Shown here one piece after another: positions 26,901-39,100 of a stretch of DNA of 64,000 nt. The number at the start of each line of letters is the position of its first letter. The first letter of the stretch is position 1. The stretch comes from Convolutriloba macropyga. Its lineage: Eukaryota. Location of the stretch: assembly GCF_964194025.1 (NCBI RefSeq), contig NC_134473.1, forward strand, positions 74,648,001-74,712,000, given 5' to 3'. The translations under genes and the position numbers were made by a program. The notes below the pieces were generated by a model, which was not told the DNA's origin, did not search any database, and worked only from the letters and a program-made list of their open reading frames with translations.

Positions 26901-29303
26901 GGCATCAAGGAAAGACGGAGAAAACATTTTTGAGAAAGAAATTATCACGCAAACGGACAAAGAATTGAAAAAAAAATTCTGATAGACTCAGTCAGAATTC
27001 ACATATGAAACATTTTTAAGCTCGAGTGCAAAATAATTGGCAGTTGATGGAAATATTCAAACACAAAGAATGTCCAAACACCTTTAAGGTCCAAACACAA
27101 AGAAATATTCAAACACAAAGAAGGTCCAAACGCCTTTAAGGTCCAAACACAAAGAAAAGCGACAAAATAGTCCAAAAAAATTCAGAAAAAAAAATTTCAC
27201 TGGAATTTTGCTGAATTTTTTCAAATAAATGTCTTCAGAACCTCTCCTGCTAAAAACTAAAAAACAATTAGGTTATGCCCTACAGAAATCTTAGGTGCAT
27301 GTAAGACGCAATCAGAGACAAAAGATCAAAAAAACAGTCAAAGGGTTTAAATATATTATAATATGTTAAATTTGCTAAAATTTCTATAGGCTTTGAATAT
27401 TTAAACCGCTATTTTGTTGCAGAACTTTACATAATAATCATCTGCAAAATTTAAAGAAGTTCATTTTGTCGATGAAGCTTGGAAAACACAAAAAAAAGCC
27501 CAAAAATTTTAAAAGTTTAGAAAAAATGCAAAACTCACTAAGAATTTTTGTTGTTAAAGTTAGCTCTTACCAACACATATATCTCGAAAATTCTGTGCCT
27601 CAATACGTTTGCAAGCAAACAGTATTTCGTGATCTACGAGGGACCTTATTTGAAGAGTGAATTTAATTATTTTCAAAGTTTTTTTACATACATCCAATGA
27701 GCTTTCAAATGGTGCCGCTCTTATCGTTCTAGAATATATCACAAACTTGGGTGCAAAAATTGAAAGACAACCGATAATATAGTTCTCCCGGCGAACGCAA
27801 AGGAAGCCGAAGTAAAAGTAAGCCGACAGAAAAGCAAGCCGAAAGTTATGTAACAGTTATGTAATCTATCAGAAATAATACATTGTTAGCCGTTGCAATC
27901 AATAATGCGCGTAGTATTATAGTGCATAATGTATTCGGATGCATCAAAGAAACAAAAATACGTCAATTTTTAGACATCTAGTGGGTACGGGCCTTAGCAC
28001 ACGGGCTGTCCATTGCCATGCCTCTCATCCGCTGTGGGATGTAATCCAGAAACCGTGGGCCGGTTATCACGCCGAAGCCGCAACGCGCGCCCACCGGCCC
28101 GCCAGAGGCAACTTAAAATACGGGTATCCCAAAATTTTTCGGCTTATTTGACCTCATTTTCAAAATTCGGCTTGCTTGCCTATCGGCTTGCTTGACCATC
28201 ATCAGTTCTCCCATTCCCCATAATGTAGAAACAAAATGGAAGGTTTTACTGTTTCTCCCATTTCAGGAAAATGGTGAGGTCTTAAGGAGCAAACTCTGCA
28301 ATGATTTGGTAAATTACATTGGTTGGTAACATTAAAGAAAAAAGACATGTCAGGTTTTTAAGCATTTTTTCTTGGCAGTTTCGTGTTACAGATTTCAATC
28401 TCAATTTATTGCAGCCTACTTGTCTTTTTCAAAATTTGAAAATTGTTCCTGGCATTTTATCGGGATTCAGATATGCGCTGATCTAGCGAAATACACGGGT
28501 ACTCAGCGCCCTGTTAAAAACGGGAAATTGATAATAGCTTTTCCGTTTCTTGATTAGATTATCTGTTTTTAAAATACCTGCTTCTCGGCGTAGTAAGGCA
28601 AATCTCTTGTGGCGTCCCTCAGCTCCTGGTTGATTCCCTGGAACCACAAAAATCTTTCATCTCGTATCTTGTTCAAATCTTGTTTCATGTATCTATTTCC
28701 AGCGTTTGCTTGAAATTCTTTTTTGAGACAGCGAGTCTCCATTGATTCTGGAATGTCTATCGTGCATTATATCAGAATGATGAAAGATATTTCATGATCT
28801 TGCGCAATTAAAATTCCTGATCTCTGAGCTTCCTCGATCAAAAATTACTGAGTTACGGAGTTATAATACATATTATTATAACGTTTATTTTTTAAGCTAG
28901 CCCTGTTAGTTCGAGAATTGTATGATAAAATTGCTCAGATTTACCTCAAAAGCAACCCAATTCAATGTTCACTTAGAAAATCAAACCAAAAATTTTGCAA
29001 TAATGACATTGTCACAAAAAACTCAGTAAAATTCATAAAAATTACAAACCTTTGAATCGCAAAGAGAAGCAATGGTCTATTTGCAGATTTAATTACCAGC
29101 ACTTTCAGAAAGAAAAAGTGTTGTCAAGATATGTGCGTTCAAATATTACTCGCTCACAAAAAAATTTGAAAAGCGAAAAATATTAGTTTACCATATTCCT
29201 CTGTTGCTTGACGAATTCTTCTGCCAAGTATGACTGGAAGTAGGGCGGGATTTCTTTGTTCCTCAACTTCCTCTTGTTATCTATCTCCTTCATTATCTCT
29301 TCC
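20989..29303 (-). CDS. SPAG17: Sperm-associated antigen 17 (SPAG17/PF6)-like protein, C-terminal part; exons 29303-29192, 28637-28578, 25285-24995, 22151-21735, 21168-20989; 5' end unresolved
   Basis: Phase-consistent GT-AG exons give EEIMKEIDNKRKLRNKEIPPYF...PNQK/FLRVENPVKRR...[83 protein letters not shown]...stop. This matches from memory the PapD-like C-terminal domain of SPAG17. Confidence 0.85.
22240..22799 (+). mobile_element. Non-autonomous Helentron-like (HINE/DINE-1-type) element, family 1
   Basis: 5' palindrome tacaattcaaa-gag-tttgaattgta (22240-22264); 3' subterminal inverted repeat ctttgaattgta (22761-22772) followed by a degenerate CAGGAC/GTCCTG stem-loop; T-rich flanks. Confidence 0.7.
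23938..24445 (+). mobile_element. 5'-truncated copy of HINE-like family 1
   Basis: High identity to 22294-22799; ends ctttgagttgtacgt-caggtcttgtcctg-ctacgtttttt. Confidence 0.75.
24761..24890. mobile_element. MITE-like element with C-run/G-run subterminal tracts and an internal 16-bp hairpin
   Basis: atctattc...gaatagat inverted ends; tttttatgacccccag (24810-24825) pairs with ctgggggtcataaaaa (24833-24848); cagcttagtg motif shared with the elements at 25304 and 42241. Confidence 0.65.
25304..25457. mobile_element. MITE, ~154 bp
   Basis: TIR gggtctttcccgttatagccc / gggctataatgggaaagaccc (20/21 match); cactaagctg plus G-run inside. Confidence 0.8.
27055..27157 (+). repeat. Short imperfect tandem repeat array
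   Basis: Reiterated caaacacaaagaa and cctttaaggtccaaacac units. Confidence 0.75.
27790..28204. mobile_element. Non-autonomous DNA transposon with aagccga subterminal repeats and a candidate 9-bp target duplication (Mutator-like)
   Basis: Three aagccga motifs at left, three tcggctt at right; agttctccc at 27781-27789 and 28205-28213. Confidence 0.55.
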
Positions 29304-30642
29304 CTAAAAAACAAAACAACAAATAATTGCTCATAAATTGTCATGGTTCTCAATTTTTTAAACTTTCTGAGACTGTCTTTCCTTTCAGATGTGTCTTTCC
29401 TCTTCTCTTATCTCCACTGTCACGGGGCTCTACGCGTATCATAGAGCCCCTTTATTTTTTTTAGATTTAAAAAACTGAACCTAAATAATTATTTTAAGCA
29501 TCATTTGATCAATTAATATATTCTTCTCATAGATCTTAAATTTTTCAGAGCAACTTCCCTTTACCCTTTTGAATTATATAGCCAGTGGTGATTTTATAAT
29601 TGTTTTTGTTGTAGTTTTTTTAGTGGTGCAAGTGATTTCTGTTCAATACAGAGAAACAATTGCTTTGACGAAAAATTGGATCAATAAGCCACAATAATTA
29701 TAAATCAGCTGCCAGTAAAACTAACATTTCTCAGCAAAATTTCTCCAGTTAGTAAAAAAATGATTTTTTAAAATCTTCCATCAAAATTCAACTTAGAAAA
29801 AGACTTTCCTGAGAGCAACCATATGACTAAAAACTAATCTGCATTTTGTCATGTTAAAAAAAGAGTAAAGTGAGGGACTATCCAGTGGTTTATAAAAGAA
29901 ACTATTTCTCATTTCTCTTTCATTGACTCATTCTTCGTTCTGAACATTAGTGATATACAGATAAAAATTCCATTTCAAAAACAATCAAAATCAGCGCCTC
30001 GTTGCAAAATCGTTCAAAAAGAAATTGAGAGTTAATTTTCCATCAAATTTTCTGCAGTTTTGTTAAGAGTTATTCGTAATTAAAAGAGATATCAACAGAA
30101 ACATTCCTGCGTCCCAGGTCTAGATCTATTCTAAGCATTTAAAAACTGTTTGCATAAGTTTAGATAGAAAGTAATAAATAAAAAATCTCCATTACTTAGA
30201 AAGAGACAAGCGGTCCTATAGCTTAATATTGAGAGTACAAAAAATAAATTTAAAAAAATGAAATAACTTCTCTGTCGAAATATTAATAAAAATTAAATTT
30301 TAAAAGATCTCCGCGTCAAAATTTTATATGAAAGTTTTCTCTGAGTGACGTTAGAGCAAGTACTGGAAGTAACGAATAATAGTTTTTCCTTAGATTTGCT
30401 TATTCGCGCTAATCTCATATTTGCGCAGCCAGTTTTTTTGTAAAATTGTATGAAAATCCCCCCCCTAAAGTATAAGCATGTTAAAAAATCCCATCAGATT
30501 TCTTATGCTTTAAGATGTATTCTAATAAAGTATTTGAAGTACAATTTTTGATCAACGCAAAATGGTAGACATAATATTATTCTTCTAAGAGATTTTTGAA
30601 TTGTCAAGTCAATAATTTTTTATAATTGCGGTGGTAGTTGTT

Positions 30643-30665
30643 NNNNNNNNNNNNNNNNNNNNNNN
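30643..30665. other. Assembly gap (23 N)
   Basis: Run of n. Confidence 0.99.
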
Positions 30666-33388
30666 TCTAATTTCTGACTTAAGTTTGTTTTAAAAACAGC
30701 GGATTCCAAATTCTCAGAGGAAGTGTTTTGATCCTGGCTACCTGGTTAAAGGTTCATCTGAAAAAATATTTTGATGAAAAAAAAGCAGAACACAACCGAC
30801 TAACATTGAGCGAATTGCTCACAAACAAGGTGCAAGCGGTGGGGGGGGGGGGGGGGTAAAGGGTGTAAGGAAGAGGGGTAGGGGTGCCGGCGAAAAAGGG
30901 TCCAGTATTAAAAAAATTGCCCTTCACACGATAAATTTATTTATTTTAAGCAGCTTCAATAAATCGCACAATTCGAGACTTGCAAAGCTCTAAGAGCGCT
31001 GCTTGGCGACTTAAAGCTTTGCATCTTCACCTGCCTTTACCATTTTTGAAAATCCCACGAAAAAATAGGCAAAAAATCCCACAAAAGAACTAACTAGACC
31101 CAAAGTACAACTAACTTCGTTAGAGAGCAAGTTTTCCTAGTCGGATTTGAGTTTCGGGTTGTTTTTCACCTTAAAAATTTTGAATTTTGAACTACTCAGA
31201 TTAACAATTGTCGGTAGTTTACTTAAAAAAAGATTTTCAACTCAAACAAAACCGGCAATTTTGGGGTGATTTGCTCTCAGCAAATTACTGCGAAGCAGAA
31301 AAAATGGCTTCGGTGGTAGCGAGCTTTGGCTTACTGACGTTACCGAGAAGGGAAATGAGAGTCAAAAAAGGATTTTTTTCGGAGATGAGTTTTTGAGTGG
31401 GTAAACCCAACAGCAGGAAATTGGCCTTTGAAACCTTATTTTATTCCCAACAAGAACGGTGAAATGTCTAGAAAGCTCTATTGGCGCTGCTCAGCGACTT
31501 AATGATGGTAGAGGCTCACCTGCTTATACCGTTTTTGAGGACAAAGTAAACAAGTTAAAAACGAATCCAGCCAAATAGCGCATTAAAAAACAGTACCAAT
31601 AATGTAATTTCTGAAACAATCGTTTGAGAAAAATTACCCCCATTGGAAAGTACGATAGAAAACCTTCATTTTAAGATAACGCTCCTTTCCACCTAAAACA
31701 GGCTCTGCTATCATATTAAAACTCAATTAATTTGTGTAACCATCTCTGAAAAAATCTAGCGATTTATCAAAGAACTTAACTTGATTTTTGAGAGACAAAG
31801 CGTGCATCCAAATCAACTCGAGATATTTTCTTCTAAATTAGCGCTACTCTCACAGCAAAATGACGATAGCAAAAAATTGCAAAACAGCAAACATAACCAA
31901 CGTCGGGCGAATTGCTCTCAAACGACCGGCGCGCGGTTTACTTCGTCAGTAGCTAGACACGGATTAGTGAGGCTAGCTTAGCTTCACTCCACTCTGCCAA
32001 ATTAAGTTTTCTAGCCTTGTTAGTAAATAAATCAAATAAAAAATTGATAATATTGACAATTAAAAAACTTCCAGATTTCACAGTGAAAATGTTCAAAACT
32101 TCTTTGTCTTTGACGTTATGTCAAGTAACCAATCTGCAAGACTTGAAAAGCTTCGTTGGCCAGTAATGATCGTTAATCTCAGAAAAGGACAAAAATATTC
32201 AAAAATTTTGAATACAATAGCAAATTTTAACAAAATCCTGCTAGAATTTAAGATACTAAAAGCTTCAAATCCATTTCATTGTCTCAAGAGATTATACAGT
32301 ATCCCCATTTTCCAGCTTTAAATAATTTCACTGGCTCAAAAATCCCTAAACTTGCATCATGATAATAATTTTTCAAAAATTTGAACAAAAAATTGAACTT
32401 TTTCAAAAAATTGCTAAAGCTGGAGTCATTAAAATTTTGATATCCATTTCATTACCTCTATGTAACAGAAGCTATTGATAAACAGAAACTAAGCAACAGT
32501 TTATTATCAAACATTGGAGGAGGTCCCTAGAACCCTGGTGCCGGAAAAAAAATTTAGATTTAAAGATTCAAAAAAACTTGAAAATTGCAAAAACTTTTTA
32601 AAAATTCTTGATATTATAAATTTGAAAAACATTCCAATCCATCCAGAAGCTATGCAGTAACCTATAATCAAAACCTAGAGGACGCTATGTGGCTCTTGAA
32701 GCTGGAGAAACCTAAAAAATGACTAAACTTCAAAAAACTTGAAAAAAAAATTGCAAGTTGCATACACAACTAAAAATTGTGATTAAAAAGTTGAAAACAT
32801 ATCAATGGCCAAAAAACATTTTCCAGTAACTTATTATCATATGCTAACGGAGATCTTCTATTAGGCTGAAAAACCTGAATAATGACAATAAATGTAAAAA
32901 AAAGCAGAAAAAAATGGCAAGTTCTATAAAAAAAATGCTAAAATTCGTAGTCCTGAAATCTTGAAAAACATTCCATTACATTTAGCAAACATACAGTAAC
33001 CTATTGTTAAACACTGCAGGAAATTCCTCTGCTCTTGAGGCTAGAGAAACCTAAAAACCTACAAACAACTCCAAAAAAATGTAAGTTTTATCCAAAAAAA
33101 GTGCAAAAATTTGTCATATTAAAAAATTGAAAGCTATTCCATGGCAAAAATTTTCAGTATCTTAATATCAAACTCTTAAGGACGTCTTCTGGCCCCTTCG
33201 CCTGGAAAGACGTGAATAAGGAGAAATGAATGTCAAATAAATTTAAAAAATTTGCACGTTTTGTCAAAATTGCTATAATTTGATGTTAAAATGCTAAATC
33301 CATTCCATTACCACTATAAACTATACAGAAACCCTATATAAAACCCTAGAGGAGGTTCCTTGACACCTAGGGCACAAGGAACTCGAAA

Positions 33389-34860
33389 TATGACGAACAA
33401 AAGCCACGGGGGGAGGGAGGGGGAGCACCGGGGGGCTGATCGCGAGGGAGATGTGGGACAACAGTGGGGTTCGAGGGCAACAGCGCGGTGGGGGATGGAG
33501 CAATAGTGCGGGAGAGGGTCAACAGTCGGGGTGTCTTCAACCTCTAAGAACCGTCCTTCACGCTATAAGTATAAGTATCCAAAACAGTTTGAGCTGAAAC
33601 AGAGCTGAAAGGCTCTAAGAGCACTTAATGCCCGCTGGGCGCTACCTGTTTATTCCGTTTTTCAGGAGGAAAAAAGGGTAAACCCAACCGCAAGAAATTG
33701 ACCTTTGAACCAATATTTTTTTCCCAGCAACAACGTCGAATTGTCTAGAGACCAGTAAAGCTCTATTGGCGCTGTTCAGCAACTTAATGATTGTAGAAGC
33801 TCACCCGCTTATACCATTTTTGAGGACAAAAGAGCGCATTCAAGCCAAAAAGCGCATTAAAAGGGCGGCACCAATAATGTAATTGTTACAACAATCGTTT
33901 CAAAAAACTGCCCCCATTGTAAAGTACGATGGAAAACCTCCAGTTTAAGATAAAACTCCCTCTAATGAAACTAATGCCTGCTGGGCTCTACCTGTTCATT
34001 CCGTTTTTAAGGACGAAAAGTCAAAAGCGTCAGACGGAAAATCGGTCAAGCGAAAAAACGCATGAGAGAAAAGACCGATGGGACTAACATAATTGCTACA
34101 AACTTCGTTCGAAAGCAATTAAAAAAATATGACGAACAAAAGCCACGGGGGGAGGGAGGGGGAGCACCGGGGGGCTGATCGCGAGGGAGATGTGGGACAA
34201 CAGTAGGGTTCGAGGGCAACAGCGCGGTGGGGGATGGAGCAATAGTGCGGGAGCGGGTCAACAGTCAGGGTGTCTTCAACCTCTAAGAACCGTCCTTCAC
34301 GCTATAAGTATAAGTATCCAAAACAGTTTGAGCTAAAACAGAGCTGAAAGGCTCTAAGAGCATTTAATTCCCGCTGGGCGCTACCTGTTCCGTTTTTCAA
34401 ACCGAAAAAAGGTAAACCCAACCGCAAGAAATTGACCTTTTAAACATTATTTTATTCCCAGCAACAACGGTGAATTGTCTAGAGACCAGTAAAGCCCTTT
34501 TGGCGCCGCTCAGCAACTTAATGATTGTAGAGGCTCACCTGCTTATACCATTTTTGAAGACAAAAAAGCGCATTAAAGCCAAAAAGCGCATTAAAAGGGC
34601 AGCACCAATAATGTAATTGTTGCAACAATCGTCTCAGAAAAATTGCTCCCATTGGAAAGTACGATGGTAAACCTCCATTTTAAGATAAAACTCCCTCTAG
34701 TGAAACTTAATGCCTGCTGGGAGCTACCTGTTTATTCCGTTTTTAAGGACGAAAAGTCAAAAGCGTCAGACGAAAAATTGGTCAAGCCAAAAAGCGCATG
34801 AGAGAAAAGACCGATGAGAACAATATAACTGCTACAAACTTCGTTCGAGAGCAATTAAAA
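33389..34860. repeat. Tandem duplication of a ~740-bp unit with a G-rich head; related sequence at ~31400-31700
   Basis: atatgacgaacaaaagccacgggggg at ~33389 and ~34128; both units end in caaacttcgttcga.agcaatt. Confidence 0.92.
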
Positions 34861-36164
34861 AGTTGCCTATTCTCACATGCACAATAACAACTAGACTACA
34901 AGCAACAACTCAAACCAATTTTCGAAAAACATCTGAAATTTATGATACCAACCTAAGAGATGACAAAACGTTCCAGATAACTCCAAATTTCTAGATAAAT
35001 TTCAATAGGCCCCATTAATAACCTCTAACTGAATTTTTATTTGTTCTTGAAGATTCAATTGAATTACAAGTGAATCTAGAACCTAGACCGGACAATTTTT
35101 AAATCGAATAAACACTGTCTGATGTTTTTAGAACATAAGCGAATAACGTCGGACGAATTGCTCACAATCAACTGGCGGCGGGCAGCTATTGGTTGTTTCA
35201 TCCACCTTTAATTCCGACCGGTTATTCTGGCCCGTTGGGGTGGGGGGGGGAGGAGGGGGCAGAAATATGACACCGGGCTCAAAAGGAGGGTGGGGGCCCA
35301 AACAACCTAAGATTTCCATTTACCGTCAATTTATGCCTATACAAGAATTCGGTCGGTGGGTGGAGAGGGGTGTCTAAAACTACAAGAATAACCCTTCATA
35401 CCGCGCATTTCAGTGTCCTCCGAAATTTAAGTGAATCGCATAATTAGAGACTAATGAAGATTTAGAAAATTGGCCAGCAACTTACAGCACCCAGGCTGCA
35501 TCAGTCTATCTCGTTTCTCAAGACAAAAAGTCACGAAACGTCCGCACGACGAAAAATCGTTAGTGCAAATAATCACGCACATGTCATTCGTTCCTTGGGT
35601 AAATTTTATGATTGAGGACTACTTGAACATGGGGCTTAATAATTATGAGAAATTGATGGATAGAAGCAATCTAAATTTTCCAATTTAACTATGCAATTTT
35701 TTACCGGCAGAATAACGAGCGAACACCTGTTGCGCGCGGAAGCAATTCACTCAATCCTAAAATTTATTTACCTTACGCATTATTCAGAATCAGATTGTTT
35801 TTGAGCTCCCTGGGATAGGCAACAATCAAGATCAAACAATTCGAGCATTCAACTAGATTAAGCTGTCAATTGATTCTGTAAATTATTATTGTGGCAACTT
35901 CAAGAACAGCAAGAAAATTTATTAATCGCATTTAGGAAAGGTCAAAATGACTCCTGACACCATTACTAAACCAAAAAATAGTAACAAGAACAGTTTCTGA
36001 AGAAACAGACAGAAAACCAAGAGTTTTAAACAACAGTTATGGCATTACTCTGGCAAAAATGACATCTTCTGTTCAAAGAATAAAAAAAACGATCGCCGCT
36101 GATCTAACATTAGGTAACCAAATAAAGATAAAATTCAATTTCATTTCAAGCAAATATGAAAAAA

Positions 36165-39100
36165 TTAAACAATTTTACCATCAAGTTTATGCTCAGTTTC
36201 AAACGCGTCAACTTTATTCGGTTGATGCAACTTTATGCTCAATGGTGAAACCGAGCTCTGCGCTAGAGAGTTTGAAGCCAGTCGCTGACTGGGTTCAAAT
36301 CTGTCTCGTAATCTTCCCAGGAGGACATTAAGCAAATTGTTCTCGTGAGGTTTGGTGATAGCGGGTTCCATCTGTGGAAAAGGGTGTCCCACAATTTCCA
36401 ACACACATCTGCAAACAAAAAAATCAATTTTGCTTTATCTTAATTGCTCATTGTTCTGTCTCCACAGAATGGAGGGGGATACTCAGGTCAGTTAGAATTA
36501 TACCAAATAAGGGAGAAAATTTCAAAAAGCAGAAGCAATTTTTTGCAAAAGAAATTTCTGAAATCAACTCCCCGCGGCGCGGAATATCATCAAAGAAGCT
36601 TTATAAGGATCGAAAAGGTTTGCACTCAAAAGAAGTTAGCAACAACTTCTTTTGAGTGCAGACTTCAATCTCTAGATCATCTACAATTTGATGAAACGGA
36701 TGAATTCAACAAATTGGAAACCAGAAAAATGAAAACCAACACAACTTTAAGTGTATCAATCCAGGTAATTCATTTTTAATGCAGAAACCGCCTCACTTTG
36801 GTGCTCGGATTCAAAGGAGACTGGCGATAAGATTATTAATGTCTGGAAATTCTGTGAGAAATAAAAATGATAATTTCAATTAACAGAAAGGGTAGTAGTA
36901 GCACACAGGGGGGTATGTGCGTGTGTATGTGGGGGGGGGGGGGGGGGGGGGGTACTTATGTTATAAAAATAAACTGATTAGTAAATGAGCCCCCCATTCT
37001 GTGTCATCTGTTGTCGCCCTCCAGTTATGTAAAAAAATGCAGGTGGGCCTGGGTCACGAACTGTCATAAGCCAACTAAGCGGGGGGGGGGGGGGGGGGGG
37101 AGGGGGGAAATAGATCGGATTTTGTCACATATGTACCAGACTTAGTTCAGAACCGTAAACCAAAAAAATCAGCATATGCTCGCATTACTATTAGTTTAAC
37201 ATAAGTAATGTATTTTAATGAAACTTTGAAGTAAAGGTCAGCAACTGGACTTCAACTGTTCTGCACTTGCTTTGATTTATTTACCTGGATTTCGAACAGT
37301 TCTAGGATTTCTTTTATATTCAAAATATATTACAATTTTTGTAAGGGCAGAGAAAGGGATCAAAAACCGACTGTCCAGGCTAAACTCATGAAAAAAATGT
37401 TGTCTGAGCTAATTCTGCAAAAAACCTTGGAATCCTATGAAACAGTACTTATATAAAATTTTACTATTGGAATATTGTGCGTCAATAATGGTTTACTATG
37501 AGACTAGGGTCCAAGTCTAAACAAAAGTTTCTAAGTTCACTTCTACATAAACCATAGCTGGCAGATTGCCAAAAAACAGCCGCAATCGGTTCGAAGATCT
37601 GCAGTCTCAAAATGATAGTAAAAGAAACAGGCCAAAAACGAAACTTATTGAATTCTGAGATTTTCTATTTTGATTAGGAATCTGTTTCACTTATTGCTGC
37701 TTCTATAAGCTGCTCTCAAATAACCTTCAATTAGGGTGATGAAAACTCACTTGACCTTATCTCTGAATTAAAGAAAATTTCAGATTGAGTAAGTAAATTT
37801 TGAGAGTTAGGTAAGTCACGTGTGACCAAGAACTTATTCACGCGCATGAACAAAAAACTCGCTTCACTAAGAGTAAAAAATGACATCACGCACGCCTTTC
37901 TGTTGCAAATTGCATGAAAGAATGAACCAAAAGCAGATTTGAAATCATATGGTCGTAACAAAAAGCTTGACGCCAAAAAAGAGAAGAACAATAATAGCCT
38001 CAGCTATCGCTTTGCGGCTATTAAAAACAACCCACAGATTGCCCGAAGACAGCCTTGATAGACTTTTTGACCTTGATTGGAAACGAAACCAGTAAAGAAA
38101 AAGGAGAGAAATTGAGATAAGTAATTAAGATAAGTTGTTGAGATAAGAAATTGAATCAAATAAGAGAAAAGAATGCTGCTAAAACTTCGATTGCCGTGAT
38201 TGATGTACAAAAAACTCAAATCCTGAAGCAGTATTACCAAGTTCAGTAAAACAAAAAGCAAACAATTCCCAACTCTCAAAATTACTATTTTTTTTATCGT
38301 ATCAACTAGATGGATTCTCATTTTTGTCAAAACATGATATACTTTTCAAAATCGTGCAAACGTACGATTTCTCCAAGAGGACATTTTATTGCAAAACTAG
38401 ACCTCATTTTTACCCTTCCTCGATTATATAGAACAAAATGGGTAACACCTGAGTGGTAATCGTTATTTTCCTCGAGTTTACTTCACCTATTGATACGGCC
38501 AATTTAGAGATTTAAATTTTTTTTTGGGTTTTGTTAGATTTAGGGCAATTTATTTCCAATATAAATGATCTTTTTCGCAACTCTCACGAACATTTAATTA
38601 CTTTCAGTGCCTTATTGAGCGTGAGTTGAGTCGAGAGTAGTCAAAAAAATTCAAAGATAATCCTGAAACAGCTGAACTGAAGTCAGTCTGACGTCACAGT
38701 TCGAAACAAAAAAAGTTGAGCAAAAAACGACCAACTAGCGACTGTAAAATTGCTCTCAAGCGACTGGCGAACGGGGGATGGCGGTCAAGTGACTGAGGGC
38801 GACCAACTTGTCAGGTGGAGGTGGAGTGTTGGAAAAATCGTTCGATCGAAAAATCGCATAAAAAAGACCACAGGACTAATAGTATTGCTTCAAACTTTGT
38901 TTGCGAGCAATTACACAAGAAAAGTCCAATGACAGCAGCGCTCAACTATAGCCGTTGAAACCATTATAAAAGATGCATGAATCCACAAGTCACCGGTGTT
39001 TTTATATCTTCGGGTCCAGTGAAAGAATCGAATAACGACGGACAAATTGCTCTCGAACGACAGGTGGGACAATTCAATTCAGGAAAGCCGGTCAAGAAAA

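Noticed and set aside
28638-28756. Longer open frame extending the 60-bp SPAG17 exon
   Set aside because: The upstream AG at 28757-28758 is out of phase with the 29192 donor; the acceptor at 28638 is in phase and pyrimidine-rich.
29424-29450. 9-bp GC hairpin ggggctcta..tagagcccc followed by a T-rich run, resembling a bacterial terminator
   Set aside because: Single occurrence in an animal intron or intergenic region; no support for a function or element.
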